A DNA stretch of 64,000 nt from Myxococcota bacterium (GTDB lineage Bacteria; Myxococcota_A; Polyangia; Nannocystales; Nannocystaceae): assembly GCA_039028615.1 (NCBI GenBank), contig JBCCHT010000004.1, positions 128,001 to 192,000 of the forward strand. The letters run 5' to 3'. Positions 9,627 through 20,525 of the stretch are shown here, one piece after another. Made by a program: the position numbers and the translations under genes. Positions within the stretch are counted from its first letter, which is position 1; the number at the start of each line of letters is the position of its first letter. The notes below the pieces were generated by a model. The model ran no database searches. It was not told the origin of the DNA and saw only the letters and a list, made by a program, of their open reading frames with translations.

Positions 9627-10191
9627 GGCGCACCATAACAAGCAGCCCACCAAGCTCCGTGCCCGGCCACCAGTCCGCCGCGCGCCTGCTCCAGACCCCG
9701 TCGTGCGTGGGTTCCGGGCCTCGGCGAACGGGGGCGGTCGGCGACCGGGATCGGGATTCCCGTCGCCTCCGAGGCCCTGGGTCACCCCCCTGCCCTCGCG
9801 AAAAAGCCGCATTTTCAGCCGAACCACGACGCGTCCCGGCCCGTGCGTTCGAAAAAAAATCACTCGGCCGCGGGCTCGAGCACGGACGAGAGTGTTCCGC
9901 TTTCACCGCCCGTGTCGTGCCGTCCCATCACGCACGACTTCTTCCGCCGCGGCACCGTGCTCGACCCCGGCACCGCGCCCGACTCGACCCCGACGAGCGT
10001 CCTGTCGGAAGACGCTGTCGTCCACCGCGAGCCGACGGCTGCGGATCGATCGATGCACCCCGGATTCGAATGGTCGATGCGGCACAGTCCGATCACCCTT
10101 TTCGCTTCGAAGCGGAAGCAATCCTCCCGCATCGGCTCGACACCAGGAGCCCTCGCACGCCCCTGTAGCCCTTGCAATTCGGACCTTTTCG

Positions 10192-10215
10192 CGGTTTCAC
10201 TATCCAACGGTTTCA
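10192..10215 (+). promoter_or_regulatory. Direct repeat CGGTTTCA x2 (LacI-type operator half-sites?) upstream of the cellobiose phosphorylase
   Basis: CGGTTTCA at 10192-10199 and 10208-10215, TTGCAA at 10172, RBS AGAGGA at 10241. Confidence 0.4.
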
Positions 10216-10259
10216 TCGCGATTGCGGTGGCGTGAACCCAAGAGGAAGACGATAGCAAC

Positions 10260-12683
10260 ATGCGTTTCGGGCACTTCGACGACGAGCGGCGGGAGTACGT
10301 AATCGAGACCCCGCAGACCCCCTACCCGTGGATCAACTACCTCGGGAGTGAAGAGTTCTTCGGCCTCGTGTCCAATACGGGCGGCGGCTACTGCTTCTAT
10401 CGCGATGCCCGTTATCGCCGTCTGACTCGCTACCGCTATAACAACGTCGCGCCCGACGAAGGCGGTCGCTACTTCTACATCAAGGACGGCGACGACACGT
10501 GGACGCCCTCGTGGCGCCCCATGAAGAGCAAGCTCGATCGCTACGAGTGTCGCCACGGCATGGGCTACACGAAGATCGCGTCGTCCCGCGGTGGGGTCGG
10601 CTGCGAGCAGCTGCTCTTCGTCCCGCTGGGCCATACCTGCGAGGTCCACCAGGTCACGCTCCGCAACGAGGGCAAGGAAGCCAAGAAGCTCCAGCTCTTC
10701 TCCTTCGTCGAGTGGTGCCTATGGAACGCGCTGGACGACATGACCAACTTCCAGCGCAACTACAACACGGGCGAAGTGGAGATCGAGGGCAGCACGCTCT
10801 ACCACGTCACCGAGTATCGCGAGCGCCGGGATCACTACGCCTTCTATCACGTCAACGCCGAGATCGCGGGCTACGACACCGACCGCCACAGCTTCCTCGG
10901 CCTCTACAACGGCTTCGGTGAGGCGCAGGTTCCCATCGAGGGCAAGGCGACCGACTCGAAGGCGAGCGGCTGGCACCCCATCGCGTCGCATCAGCTCGAC
11001 GTCGAGCTCCAGCCGGGTGAGTCGAAGACCTTCGTGTTCGTGCTCGGCTACTGCGAAAACCCCCGTGCGGACAAGTACGTGTCGCCGGGGGTCGCCAACA
11101 AGGCGCCCGCCCAAGCGCTCATCGAGGCCTACGACTCGCCCGCCAAGGTCGACGCGGCGATGGAGGCCCTGCGCAAGCACTGGGATGGCCTGCTGGGCAG
11201 CTTCCAGGTCAGCTCCAGCGACGAGCGCCTCGATCGTCAGGTCAACATCTGGAACCAGTACCAGTGCATGGTGACCTTCAACATGTCGCGCTCGGCCTCG
11301 TTCTTCGAGTCGGGCATCGGCCGCGGCATGGGCTTCCGCGACTCCAACCAGGACCTGCTCGGCTTCGTGCACATGGTCCCCGAGCGGGCCCGCGAGCGCA
11401 TCATCGACATCGCCTCCACCCAGTTCGAGGACGGCGGCGCGTATCACCAGTACCAACCGCTGACCAAGCGCGGGAACAACGACATCGGCAGCGGCTTCAA
11501 CGACGACCCGCTGTGGCTCATCTTGGGGGTGAGCGCGTACATCCGCGAGACGGGAGACACGTCGATCCTCGAGGAGCAGGTGCCCTTCGACAACGACGAT
11601 GGCAACACCGCAACCTTGCTCGAGCACTGCAAGCGCTCGTTCATGCACGTGCCCAACAACCTCGGGCCCAACGGTTTGCCGCTCATCGGTCGCGCCGACT
11701 GGAACGACTGCCTCAACCTCAACTGCTTCTCCGAGACCCCCGACGAGTCGTTCCAGACCACGGGTAACAAGACCGGACGCACCGCGGAGTCCACCTTCAT
11801 CGCGGGGCTCTTTTGCCTCGCGGGTGAGCAGTACGCCGAGATCCTCGAGTTGTCGGACAAGTCGGCGGAGGCCGAGGAAGCCCGCGGCTGGGTCACGCGG
11901 ATGTCCAACACCATGGAGAACGCGGGCTGGGACGGCGACTGGTTCCTGCGGGCCTTCGACTTCTACGGCGAGGCCATCGGCAGCAACGCCAACGACGAGG
12001 GCAAGATCTACATCGAGCCTCAAGGCATGTGCGTGATGGGGGGCATCGGCATCGAGTCGGGCAAGGCGGCCAAGGCCCTCGACGCGGTCAAGGAGCACCT
12101 CGATACCGACTACGGCATCGTGCTCCTCCAGCCTCCCTACACCACCTACCAGGCGCGGCTCGGCGAGATCTCGAGCTACCCGCCCGGCTACAAGGAAAAC
12201 GCCGGCATCTTCTGCCACAACAACCCGTGGGTGATGATCGCCGAGACCATGCTCGGCAACGCGGATCGGGCCTGGGACTACTACACCAAGATCGCCCCCG
12301 CCTTCGTGGAGGAGATCAGCGACACCCACCGCACCGAGCCCTATGTGTACTCGCAGATGGTCGCGGGCAAGGACGCGGTCAACCATGGCGAGGCCAAGAA
12401 CTCCTGGTTGACCGGAACCGCGTCGTACAACTGGGTCGCGATCACGCAGCACATCCTCGGGGTGCGAGCCGAACTGAACGGGCTGAGCGTGCGGCCCTGC
12501 CTGCCCAAGTCGCTGGGCGACGTCGAGGTGAGCAGAACCCTGCGTGGGGTCACCTTCGACATCACCATCAAGAACACCGGCTCGGGCACGCGCCGCCTCA
12601 CCGTCAACGGCTCGCCCATCGACGGCGACGTCGTGCCCTTCCCCGAAAGTGGCGAACGCGTCGAAGTGCTGTGCGAGTGTTAG
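10260..12683 (+). CDS. GH94 glycoside phosphorylase, most likely cellobiose phosphorylase
   Basis: [45 protein letters not shown] (catalytic Asp), [18 protein letters not shown]; 807 aa. Confidence 0.93.
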   Translation: MRFGHFDDERREYVIETPQTPYPWINYLGSEEFFGLVSNTGGGYCFYRDARYRRLTRYRYNNVAPDEGGRYFYIKDGDDTWTPSWRPMKSKLDRYECRHGMGYTKIASSRGGVGCEQLLFVPLGHTCEVHQVTLRNEGKEAKKLQLFSFVEWCLWNALDDMTNFQRNYNTGEVEIEGSTLYHVTEYRERRDHYAFYHVNAEIAGYDTDRHSFLGLYNGFGEAQVPIEGKATDSKASGWHPIASHQLDVELQPGESKTFVFVLGYCENPRADKYVSPGVANKAPAQALIEAYDSPAKVDAAMEALRKHWDGLLGSFQVSSSDERLDRQVNIWNQYQCMVTFNMSRSASFFESGIGRGMGFRDSNQDLLGFVHMVPERARERIIDIASTQFEDGGAYHQYQPLTKRGNNDIGSGFNDDPLWLILGVSAYIRETGDTSILEEQVPFDNDDGNTATLLEHCKRSFMHVPNNLGPNGLPLIGRADWNDCLNLNCFSETPDESFQTTGNKTGRTAESTFIAGLFCLAGEQYAEILELSDKSAEAEEARGWVTRMSNTMENAGWDGDWFLRAFDFYGEAIGSNANDEGKIYIEPQGMCVMGGIGIESGKAAKALDAVKEHLDTDYGIVLLQPPYTTYQARLGEISSYPPGYKENAGIFCHNNPWVMIAETMLGNADRAWDYYTKIAPAFVEEISDTHRTEPYVYSQMVAGKDAVNHGEAKNSWLTGTASYNWVAITQHILGVRAELNGLSVRPCLPKSLGDVEVSRTLRGVTFDITIKNTGSGTRRLTVNGSPIDGDVVPFPESGERVEVLCEC

Positions 12684-12821
12684 CGCGCGCAATCGAGACT
12701 CGACTGCGTCGCTCCGGCGACGGACTGGCTGCGCCCGCCACCCCGTGGCGACTGCCGTAGCCACCGAATATTCTCGAAAACAACGTGAATGGGCGGAGAC
12801 CCGGTGGGTACCCCGCTGGTC

Positions 12822-13484
12822 ATGAACGACCGTAGCTCGAAACGAATCGCCATGACCCTGCTGCTCGCCACGACGGTCGTGGGCTGCGATCAGGCAGAGA
12901 TTGGACCGAGTGACTTCGACGGCGACGTCGAGTACCGAAGCGACGAGAGCGAGGCCATCGCGGCGCTCGAGGCCCGCGTCCTCGAGCTCGAGAAACTTCA
13001 CTACACCAACCGCGTCTTCGTGACGTCGACCAAGTATGCCGCCACCTTCGGCGGGGCCTCCGACGCCGCCGCGCTGTGCCAGAACCACGCCGATTCGGCC
13101 GGTCTCGGCGGCACCTGGGTGGCGTGGATCAGCGACTCCAGCGAAGGCAGCGCGGCCGACAACTTCACGCAATCCCCCTACGACTACACGTTGGTCGACG
13201 GGACCGTCATCGCCCACGGTTGGGACGAGCTGACGGACGGAGGCCTGGACAACCTCATCGGGCTCGATGAGGACGGCGTCTCGCGAACCGGCTTCGCCTG
13301 GACCGGAACCAACACCGACGGAAGCACGAGCGGGTATACCTGTTCCGACTGGACGGCCACCTCCAGTGTGGGGAAGGTCGGCAGTGCCAACAGCGACAAC
13401 AACGGTGCGTCTCCGCAGTGGTGGACCACCCGCGGGAACCTCTCTTGCGGATCCACGGCCCGCCTGTATTGCTTCGAGCAGTAG
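12822..13484 (+). CDS. Lipoprotein with DUF1554 domain
   Basis: Lipobox VVGC; RVFVTS...A..LCQ..A..AGL.G.W.AWISDS...AWTGT..DG...C.DWT...RLYCFEQ. Confidence 0.85.
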   Translation: MNDRSSKRIAMTLLLATTVVGCDQAEIGPSDFDGDVEYRSDESEAIAALEARVLELEKLHYTNRVFVTSTKYAATFGGASDAAALCQNHADSAGLGGTWVAWISDSSEGSAADNFTQSPYDYTLVDGTVIAHGWDELTDGGLDNLIGLDEDGVSRTGFAWTGTNTDGSTSGYTCSDWTATSSVGKVGSANSDNNGASPQWWTTRGNLSCGSTARLYCFEQ

Positions 13485-13519
13485 AGGACTGCATGCCAGG
13501 CTGCTAGCCTGTGCGCGCC

Positions 13520-14458
13520 ATGGAAACCGTCAGCTATGGAGGCTGGGACGCGTGCCGACGTCTACGTTCGGGCGACGTCGAACTCATCGTCACCACCGAG
13601 GTCGGACCGCGGATTCTCTTCTACGGCCGCAGCGGAGGTGACAACGAGCTTCACGTCGCACCGCGCAGCAAGGACGCGCCCGGGCCCGACGAGTGGGTGA
13701 ACTACGGGGGGCACCGTCTGTGGCACGCCCCCGAGGTTCCGCCGCGCAACATGGCGCCCGACAACGACGCGGTGCAGGTGCAGGAGGTGCCCGGTGGAGC
13801 GGTGTTCGTGCAACCCACGGAGGCCAGCACCGGGCTGCAGAAAGCCATCGAGATCGTCGGTGACGATCGAGGTGTTTTTTGCATTCGGCACCGGCTGACC
13901 AACCACAACCTGTGGGCCATCGAAGCTGCGGTCTGGCCGATCTCGGTGATGGCCGCGGGCGGCACCGCCATCGTGCCGCTGCCTCCGCGAGGGGTGCACC
14001 CCGAGACCATCGCCCCGTCCAACCCCGTCGTGCTGTGGGGCTATACCGACATGGCCGACCCGCGCTTCGTGTGGGGACGGCAGTGCATCCTCGTCCATCA
14101 CGACGGTGACGCCGCGCAGGCCCAGAAGGTCGGCACGTGGTCGCCCGCCGGCTGGATCGCCCACGCTCGGGCGGGACGGCTCGTGCTCAAGACCTTCGAC
14201 CTCGATCCCGAGGCCTTCGCCGCCGGTCGCTATCCCGACATGGGCAGCAACATCGAGGTGTTCACCAACGCCGACATCCTCGAAGTCGAGACCCTCGGCC
14301 CGTTGACGCGCATCGAGCCCGGCCAGACCGTCGAGCATGCCGAGCGCTGGTCGCTGCTGCACGACGTGCCCCAGCCGCGCTCGGAGGCCGAGGCCCTCAG
14401 CGCGGTCCTGCCCCGGGTCGAGGCCGCTCTGAAGGCGGCCGACTCCACCGCCTCGTAG
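13520..14458 (+). CDS. Galactose-mutarotase-like fold protein (DUF4380-like)
   Basis: VTTEVGPRI, YGGHRLWHAPE, YPDMGSNIEVF, LEVETLGPL...EHAERW. Confidence 0.7.
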   Translation: METVSYGGWDACRRLRSGDVELIVTTEVGPRILFYGRSGGDNELHVAPRSKDAPGPDEWVNYGGHRLWHAPEVPPRNMAPDNDAVQVQEVPGGAVFVQPTEASTGLQKAIEIVGDDRGVFCIRHRLTNHNLWAIEAAVWPISVMAAGGTAIVPLPPRGVHPETIAPSNPVVLWGYTDMADPRFVWGRQCILVHHDGDAAQAQKVGTWSPAGWIAHARAGRLVLKTFDLDPEAFAAGRYPDMGSNIEVFTNADILEVETLGPLTRIEPGQTVEHAERWSLLHDVPQPRSEAEALSAVLPRVEAALKAADSTAS

Positions 14459-14556
14459 GACCTACGGAGGCCCGCCGATGACCGGGCCCTCGAGCTCGTC
14501 GTCGGGGGCTTCGTCGCCGTCCCGCGAGTCGCGGGAAACGACATACCGCGCCAGGA

Positions 14557-17500
14557 TCAGGGCGACGCGATCTCGGAGAGGGCCTCGGCGGAGGTGCCCC
14601 GCTTTTCGAGCCACGCGTCGACATCGCGAATGTGCTCGGCCCCGCGAGGGCCCGCGTCTCCGAGCACCTCCCGCGCCCGCCGGGCGAGCACGAGTGCCCG
14701 CTGCCGTCGCTCGGTGTGCTCGAGCTCGATGGCACCCGGCGTCGGCCACAACGCTCGCGCGAGCACGAAGGCCGCGTTACCCAGCGTCAGCGGAGAGAGG
14801 TCCCGCTCCTGGGCCTGAGCCCAGCCCGTCTCCGCGACGTCTCGAGCCTCGTCGAAGTGACCCGCATCGACGAGCGTGCCCGCCAGGTTGTTGCGACTGA
14901 GCATGACCACGGGATGGCCCTCGCCCAGTCCCTCGACCCGTAGTTCCAGCGCCTTGCGGTGCTCGACCAGGGCCTCTTCGATTCGCCCCTGGCCCTCGAG
15001 CGCCTGCCCCAAGTTCGCGCGGGGGATGGCCACGTTGTGATGACGCGGTCCCATCGCTCGCTCGGCGGCGGTGATGGCCAGGCGCGCCTCGGCCTCGGCC
15101 TCGGGGAACTTCTTCATCGACCCCAGCGTCCCGGAAAGATTGCTGCGCACCATGGCGACCTTGGGGTGGTCGGGTCCCAACGCCGCCGTCAGTCGCACCA
15201 AGACCTCACGAAGGTGCACCTCGCCTTCCTCCAGCCGGTTTTGATACACGAGCGCGTTGGCGAGGTTGAGCCGCGCCAGTGCACCGCGCTCGTGCTTGGG
15301 ACCCAGGGCTTCGTCCCAGGCTCTCCATGCCGCTCGGGCCGCGGCTTCGGCCTCCTCGTACTTGCCCCGCCCCATCAGCAGGCTGCTGATGTTGTGGTTG
15401 GACATCGCCACATCGGGGTGGTTGGAGCCCAGCGCGACGGCCAGCACTCGACGCGAGCGTTCGAACTCGACCTCGGCCTCGTCATAGCGCGCCATCTCGT
15501 TGAGCGTGACCGCCAGGCTGTTGAGGCTATGGCCCACGAGGTAGTGCTCCGGCCCCAGCTCCTGCCGTCGCAGCTCGAGCGACTGGCGACGATGCCCCTC
15601 GGCCTCGTCGAGCTTGCCCTGCTGCTGGAGGACGATGCCGAGGGAGTCGTGCAGCTGGGCGCTCGCGATGGGGTCTCCCCGCGTCAAGCCCGAAGCCAGC
15701 TCCCGGTAGCGCAGGGCCTCGAGCGGCCGCCCCTGTCGATCGCCCACGATCGTCATCAGCGATGTACTGGCCTCGAACACGAGATCCCACTGCTCGTGGA
15801 CGACGGCGCTCTCCAGCGCGACCCGCAGGGCATCCACCGCCGCGTCGTGGTCCCCGTGCGACTCGAATACGCGGCCCCGCACGATCTCGACCTCGGCCAC
15901 GATCGGCCCGTATTCGACCAGAGGGAGCCGCTCGTCGACTTCGGCCAACGTCTGCTCCGCCTCGCTGTACTTGCCCACCACCCGTAGGGCGCGGCCGCTG
16001 GCGAGCAGCGCTCGAATCTCGGCGACGGTCGGCGCTTCGTGGTCGGGCGGGGGCGCGACCTCGGACTCGAGCGCCTCGACGTCCTCACACCGTGACAAGG
16101 GTCGCAGCCGATCGACGACTTCGTGGGCCTTGACCGTCGTGTCGAAGTCCGCCTCGGCAAAGATGCCCACTGCCGCGCCCAGGTCCTCGCGCGCCTTGCC
16201 CAGGCAGGCCATGCGCAGATCCATGACCTCGGCCGATTGCTCGCCTCGCACTGCCGTGGCCTCGCAGACCTCGGTATGCATGGCCACCCACTGCTCGGTG
16301 TAGTCGTCGAGCCGCGGCCCGGTGCGCTCCCACGCTCGCTCGCCGAACTCTCCCCCCGCCGCCGCGAAGCCTCGCCCCAGCTGCTCGCGGCGATCGCCGT
16401 CCCAGACCGCGGCCAGCTCCTGCCGAGCGCCGCTGCACCGCTCGTCGCGGGCCTGCTGCCACGCCCAGGCCCCCACGCCGCCCAAGCTCAGCAGGCCCAG
16501 GGCACCGACCCCTCGCACCCACCGGTTGCGCCGCTGGCCCGAGTCGAAGGTCAGCGCATCGAGCAGCGCCTGCATGCTCGGCCACCGGTCTTCGGGGCGC
16601 GCCGCGAGCCCACGCTCGAGGGCGGCCACGATCGGCGCGGGCACACCGGACGCGTCGCTGGGCCACGCCGCGGGACCTCGGAGCTTGGCCAGCAGCGGGT
16701 CCCGCCCCGCGAAGGGAGGCTTGCCCACGAGCGCCTCCCACAGCGCCACGCAGAACGCGTATTGATCGACCGCCGCCGTCAGTCGCTGACCGCGGTGCTG
16801 CTCCGGCGCCATGTAGCGCGGCGTGCCGCGGATCGTGCCCGACTGGGTCTCGAGGTCGTCGTGGTGCGAATACGAGGGCGACCGCTCCGGGGGCGAGACC
16901 CCGTCGAAACGCACCACGAGTTTGGCCAGGCCGAAGTCGGTGACCTTGACCCGCCCTTCCTGGGAGACGAGGACGTTCGCCGGCTTGAAGTCTCGGTGCA
17001 GCATGTCCACCGCATGGGCGGCCACGAGCCCGTGTCCCGCCTTGGTGAAGCGCTCGACCACCGCGCGCCAATCCTCGGGCCTGCGCTGCTCGTTGCGATG
17101 CTGACGGAGCCACGCGAGCAGCGTCTGGCCCTCCACGTACTCCATGACCAACACCAGCCCATCCGGGGACTCCTCGGTGTCGTAGACCCCCACCACATTG
17201 GGATGCGACAGCTTGGCCATCGCTCGGGCCTCTCGCATGATGTCCTGCCATGCGCCGGAGTCGAGCGCTTCGGCGCGCACCAGCTTCAGCGCCACCTCGC
17301 GCTGCAGCTTGGGGTCGTAGGCCCGCACCACGCGTCCCATGCCGCCGCGGCCGACCTCGTGCAGCATGACGTAGCGCCCGACGTTGCTGCCGGGCGCCAC
17401 CGATCGCTCCGCGGCCTCGTCCGGGCGGGCCCACGGTGAATCGGGGGCCCCACCCACCACGGTGGTCGTGTCCACCGCCGACTCTGCCGGGCCGAGATCC

Positions 17501-17571
17501 GAAGTCTCGGCGTCCTGCGGCGATGGAGCCGGCCCCGGACTGTCGTCGCTCGGGACTCGAATCTCGTTCAC
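14557..17571 (-). CDS. Membrane-spanning Ser/Thr protein kinase with C-terminal TPR repeats
   Basis: GRGGMG, VALK, HRDFKPANV, DFGLA, GTPRYMAPEQ; one TM segment; multiple LGPxHPxVA TPRs. Start is uncertain. Confidence 0.95.
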   Translation of the reverse strand: MNEIRVPSDDSPGPAPSPQDAETSDLGPAESAVDTTTVVGGAPDSPWARPDEAAERSVAPGSNVGRYVMLHEVGRGGMGRVVRAYDPKLQREVALKLVRAEALDSGAWQDIMREARAMAKLSHPNVVGVYDTEESPDGLVLVMEYVEGQTLLAWLRQHRNEQRRPEDWRAVVERFTKAGHGLVAAHAVDMLHRDFKPANVLVSQEGRVKVTDFGLAKLVVRFDGVSPPERSPSYSHHDDLETQSGTIRGTPRYMAPEQHRGQRLTAAVDQYAFCVALWEALVGKPPFAGRDPLLAKLRGPAAWPSDASGVPAPIVAALERGLAARPEDRWPSMQALLDALTFDSGQRRNRWVRGVGALGLLSLGGVGAWAWQQARDERCSGARQELAAVWDGDRREQLGRGFAAAGGEFGERAWERTGPRLDDYTEQWVAMHTEVCEATAVRGEQSAEVMDLRMACLGKAREDLGAAVGIFAEADFDTTVKAHEVVDRLRPLSRCEDVEALESEVAPPPDHEAPTVAEIRALLASGRALRVVGKYSEAEQTLAEVDERLPLVEYGPIVAEVEIVRGRVFESHGDHDAAVDALRVALESAVVHEQWDLVFEASTSLMTIVGDRQGRPLEALRYRELASGLTRGDPIASAQLHDSLGIVLQQQGKLDEAEGHRRQSLELRRQELGPEHYLVGHSLNSLAVTLNEMARYDEAEVEFERSRRVLAVALGSNHPDVAMSNHNISSLLMGRGKYEEAEAAARAAWRAWDEALGPKHERGALARLNLANALVYQNRLEEGEVHLREVLVRLTAALGPDHPKVAMVRSNLSGTLGSMKKFPEAEAEARLAITAAERAMGPRHHNVAIPRANLGQALEGQGRIEEALVEHRKALELRVEGLGEGHPVVMLSRNNLAGTLVDAGHFDEARDVAETGWAQAQERDLSPLTLGNAAFVLARALWPTPGAIELEHTERRQRALVLARRAREVLGDAGPRGAEHIRDVDAWLEKRGTSAEALSEIASP

Positions 17572-17720
17572 CGCACCACCCGCCGCCAAGTATTCCACAG
17601 GAGCACTTGGTTCCCCCAACGGGGATCCCCTACGCCCGCCGTGTGCGACGAGCGGAGCCGCGCGATGCATGCGAACACGGCAGGCGGGGCGCACCGCTCA
17701 GCCGTTGGCTGCCTCGCGCC

Positions 17721-18746
17721 CTAGGGCCCTTGCGCTCGCAGGCCCGCACGCGTGGCTTCGAGGTGCTCGGCCACCGACAACCAGTCGGGCCGCAGCGCCA
17801 CCGCGTGCTCGAAGTGCCCCACCGCCAAGGCGAGGTCACCGTCTCGGCCCCGACGCTGGTAGGCGAGCCCGAGCTGCACATAGGAGACGGCCCGGGCCGG
17901 ATCGCGGCCGATGGTGTGGCGCAGCAGCGAGATCGCTTCGTTGTACTGACGCGCTTCGAGGAACACCCGAGCAAAGGCGTCGAGCAAGTCGGCGTCGGGG
18001 TGGTAGGTCCACAGCGCGTCGACCAAGGTGCGACGCGCTTCCTCGGGCCGATTGCGCAGCAGCAAGCCCCGCGCGCGATCGAGCGCGACCTGACCCGGTC
18101 GCCGCAGCAGGACGATCTGTTCGTCGACCTGCCGCTGACACACGATGCAGGGGCCATCGGGCGCCTCGTCGAGCGAGGCCACCGTGGGGTCTTGGCGCAT
18201 CACGCAGCCCGCGACGTCGTGGTGGGGCAAGCCGACGGCGTGCCCGAACTCGTGGCGGACCAGGGTGCGCAGGCGCTCTTCGGTGCGCTCGTCACCGTCG
18301 CCCGACAGCCGAGCCACCGACAGCAACGCGGTGCGATCGGGCAGGCTCGCCAGGCCGAACACGTAGGGCTTGCCCGGCTCGTAGAGATCCATCGCGGTGA
18401 TGTCGAGCTCGACCACCGCGTCGCGCGACCGGGTTTCGAAGAGCAGGTCGAGCGTGCGTCGAGCATCGAGCTGCTCGCGCTCGTCGTCCCATGCCTCGCG
18501 GACATCGGTGCTCAGTCGATTGGCCCGCAGCACGCAGCGCACCGGGAACTCTGCCAGTAGCACTCGACACGCGGAGCGGAGCTGCTCGTTGGCCACCGGT
18601 CCCAACGCGCGCACCACCACCAGCGGCGGGCGAGTCTCCGCCACCTTTGCCTCCCCCTCGACCTCCGCGCGCGATCCATCCACCTGGCCATTGGAGAGCC
18701 AAGCGACGCTCGCGAGTGTCAGTACGAGTTGAACCAGCCAGCTCAT
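17721..18746 (-). CDS. Archaemetzincin-like Zn metalloprotease (peptidase M54-like) fused to TPR
   Basis: YVFGLA, HEFGHAVGLPH (HExxHxxGxxH), CVM Met-turn, CIVC, C-terminal TPRs, N-terminal signal/TM. Confidence 0.85.
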   Translation of the reverse strand: MSWLVQLVLTLASVAWLSNGQVDGSRAEVEGEAKVAETRPPLVVVRALGPVANEQLRSACRVLLAEFPVRCVLRANRLSTDVREAWDDEREQLDARRTLDLLFETRSRDAVVELDITAMDLYEPGKPYVFGLASLPDRTALLSVARLSGDGDERTEERLRTLVRHEFGHAVGLPHHDVAGCVMRQDPTVASLDEAPDGPCIVCQRQVDEQIVLLRRPGQVALDRARGLLLRNRPEEARRTLVDALWTYHPDADLLDAFARVFLEARQYNEAISLLRHTIGRDPARAVSYVQLGLAYQRRGRDGDLALAVGHFEHAVALRPDWLSVAEHLEATRAGLRAQGP

Positions 18747-19046
18747 TGCAGGCGTGCTTCCGCGAAAGGCCATCGCCGACGAGCCGGTGCGCCCGACGGT
18801 GACGTCTCAGATTATCCGGTTGTTGCCCGTGACTCCAAGCAGAACCGACCAGCACCACGCACATCGCGGTCGCCAGTGTCCTCGGCGCATGCCGCGAATA
18901 CGCACGCGGTGGCGGCGTGAGGCCGGCAAACACCCTTCCGACCAATGTGGGACTGTTTTAGCGCCGATTCGGGACCCGAGATCATCGAGCGTGAAGTCGC
19001 TTGCACTGAGCGCAAGTCAACCTGCATCGAGTGCAAAACGAGCGGC

Positions 19047-20525
19047 TCAGTGCGCCCGCCACACCTGCAGCAATGCGCCGTGCGCTTCGACGAACTGTTC
19101 GAACCATGCGGCCGTGTCCTCGCCCGCGCGCGATGCCATGAGCTCGCGTAGCTCGAAGACCCGACGAGACTGACCACGCCACTGCACGACATGCCCCAGC
19201 GGCTGCGGCCCGGCGATGGGGGCCAAGCCCCGCAAGCGACCCAAGACGGTCTGCGCTTCGATGGTCTCGCAGCCGCGCAGCTCGGCCATCGCGTCGTCGG
19301 TGGCCAGCACTCCCAGCGCTGCCGCCGCGTCGAAACGCGTGGCCGCGGACTCCGAGCGCAGACCCGCGCGCAAGCGCGTCAGTCCCGAGTCGCGACCCAG
19401 CAGGCACAGCAACAGACCGCCGAGGCCCTGGCGAGTGCCGCCCGGTCGCTCGAGCGCCTCGATCAGCACTCCCCGCGTGGCGTCGTCGAGCGCTCGCGGA
19501 CCGTGCCGCATGAGCATCGACGCGACTCGACCGCGTACGTGGGGCTCGACGCCCGATTCCCCGCGGCTACGCGCGAGCAGCTGGCACAGCGCGGTGCGGT
19601 GCTGGGGATCGGCCCAGTCTTCGATGAGATCGAGCGCAGCACTGACCACGCCGTCGATCGGCTCGCGCTCGAGCTGCTTCACCACGATCGGCTCGGCTTC
19701 ACGGCGCCCGAGGTCCACCAACGAACGCAGGCACGCCTGGTAGAACGAGCTCCCGCCCTCGAGGCCGGCGATCATCGTGATGCGGCGCAGGGCGTTCTGC
19801 TCGCGCACGGCCCGGCGCAAGGGCTCGGGCGCGGGCGCATCGAGCCGAGCCTGCGCCAGGTGAGGGTCACCGAAGGCGAGCGCCATCCAAGCCGCCTCGG
19901 GGCCCGGGGACGAGGTCATGATCCGCGTCGCGGCCTCCTCGAGACACTGCCCCCACGCGTGCCCGAGCTCGGTCAGCCGCACTCGATGCCCGCCCTCGAC
20001 CAGCCCGGCTTCGGTGAGCGTGGGAAAGTCGGCGAACCAGTAGCCCGTGGTGGGCTCGGGACGGCACAGTCGCGCCTCGATGGCGTCGGCCTGCGGCAAC
20101 GAGCCGAGGTACTCGCGATAAAAGAAGCCGTCGATCCAGTCTGGGCTGCCCTCGACGAAGTCGACGTCGAGGGTGGTGCCGTCGCGATGGGTGAGGCAGC
20201 AGCCGATGCCGTGAAAGCGATAGCTCCACTCGGGCAGGCCCGGCATCTCCCCCGCGGAGGGGACCTGCGACGGGTGCTCGAATGCCCCCCAGGCCCCCAC
20301 CCGACCGAGGCTCGCTCCGAGGCGCTCGCTCACCGTACGCCCCAGCCAGCGCTGCCGCGGCACGTGACGGTGCAACGCCGTCAGCAACCACCGCGCACCG
20401 GGGTCGACCGGTAGCGCGGGCGCGACCCAGTCGGCCATGCGGGCACTGAACTCGGAGGCCGACGCGGGTGCATCCGCGGCGGCGCGCTCGAAGCTCGCGG
20501 CGAAATCGGCGGGGTTCATGGTCAT
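19047..20525 (-). CDS. Hypothetical protein with DUF6896-like motif and HEAT-like repeats
   Basis: WSYRFHGIGCCL...LDVDF motif; Ala/Leu-rich helical repeats at the C-terminus (RFDAAAALGVL). ATGA overlap with the upstream gene. Confidence 0.65.
   Translation of the reverse strand: MTMNPADFAASFERAAADAPASASEFSARMADWVAPALPVDPGARWLLTALHRHVPRQRWLGRTVSERLGASLGRVGAWGAFEHPSQVPSAGEMPGLPEWSYRFHGIGCCLTHRDGTTLDVDFVEGSPDWIDGFFYREYLGSLPQADAIEARLCRPEPTTGYWFADFPTLTEAGLVEGGHRVRLTELGHAWGQCLEEAATRIMTSSPGPEAAWMALAFGDPHLAQARLDAPAPEPLRRAVREQNALRRITMIAGLEGGSSFYQACLRSLVDLGRREAEPIVVKQLEREPIDGVVSAALDLIEDWADPQHRTALCQLLARSRGESGVEPHVRGRVASMLMRHGPRALDDATRGVLIEALERPGGTRQGLGGLLLCLLGRDSGLTRLRAGLRSESAATRFDAAAALGVLATDDAMAELRGCETIEAQTVLGRLRGLAPIAGPQPLGHVVQWRGQSRRVFELRELMASRAGEDTAAWFEQFVEAHGALLQVWRAH

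Noticed and set aside
9843..10235. 130-aa ORF upstream of the GH94 gene
   Set aside because: No recognisable motif, weak codon bias and no convincing start; treated as intergenic.
12736..12775. Stem-loop after the GH94 gene
   Set aside because: No U-tract, and GC-rich stems are expected by chance; cannot be called a terminator.
10719..13217. Very long antisense ORFs (832 aa here; also 37776..40250, 54943..57765, 24229..26229, 57338..59212)
   Set aside because: In-phase antisense shadows of well-supported genes, caused by high-GC codon bias. They have V/E/H/L/G-rich composition and no motifs.
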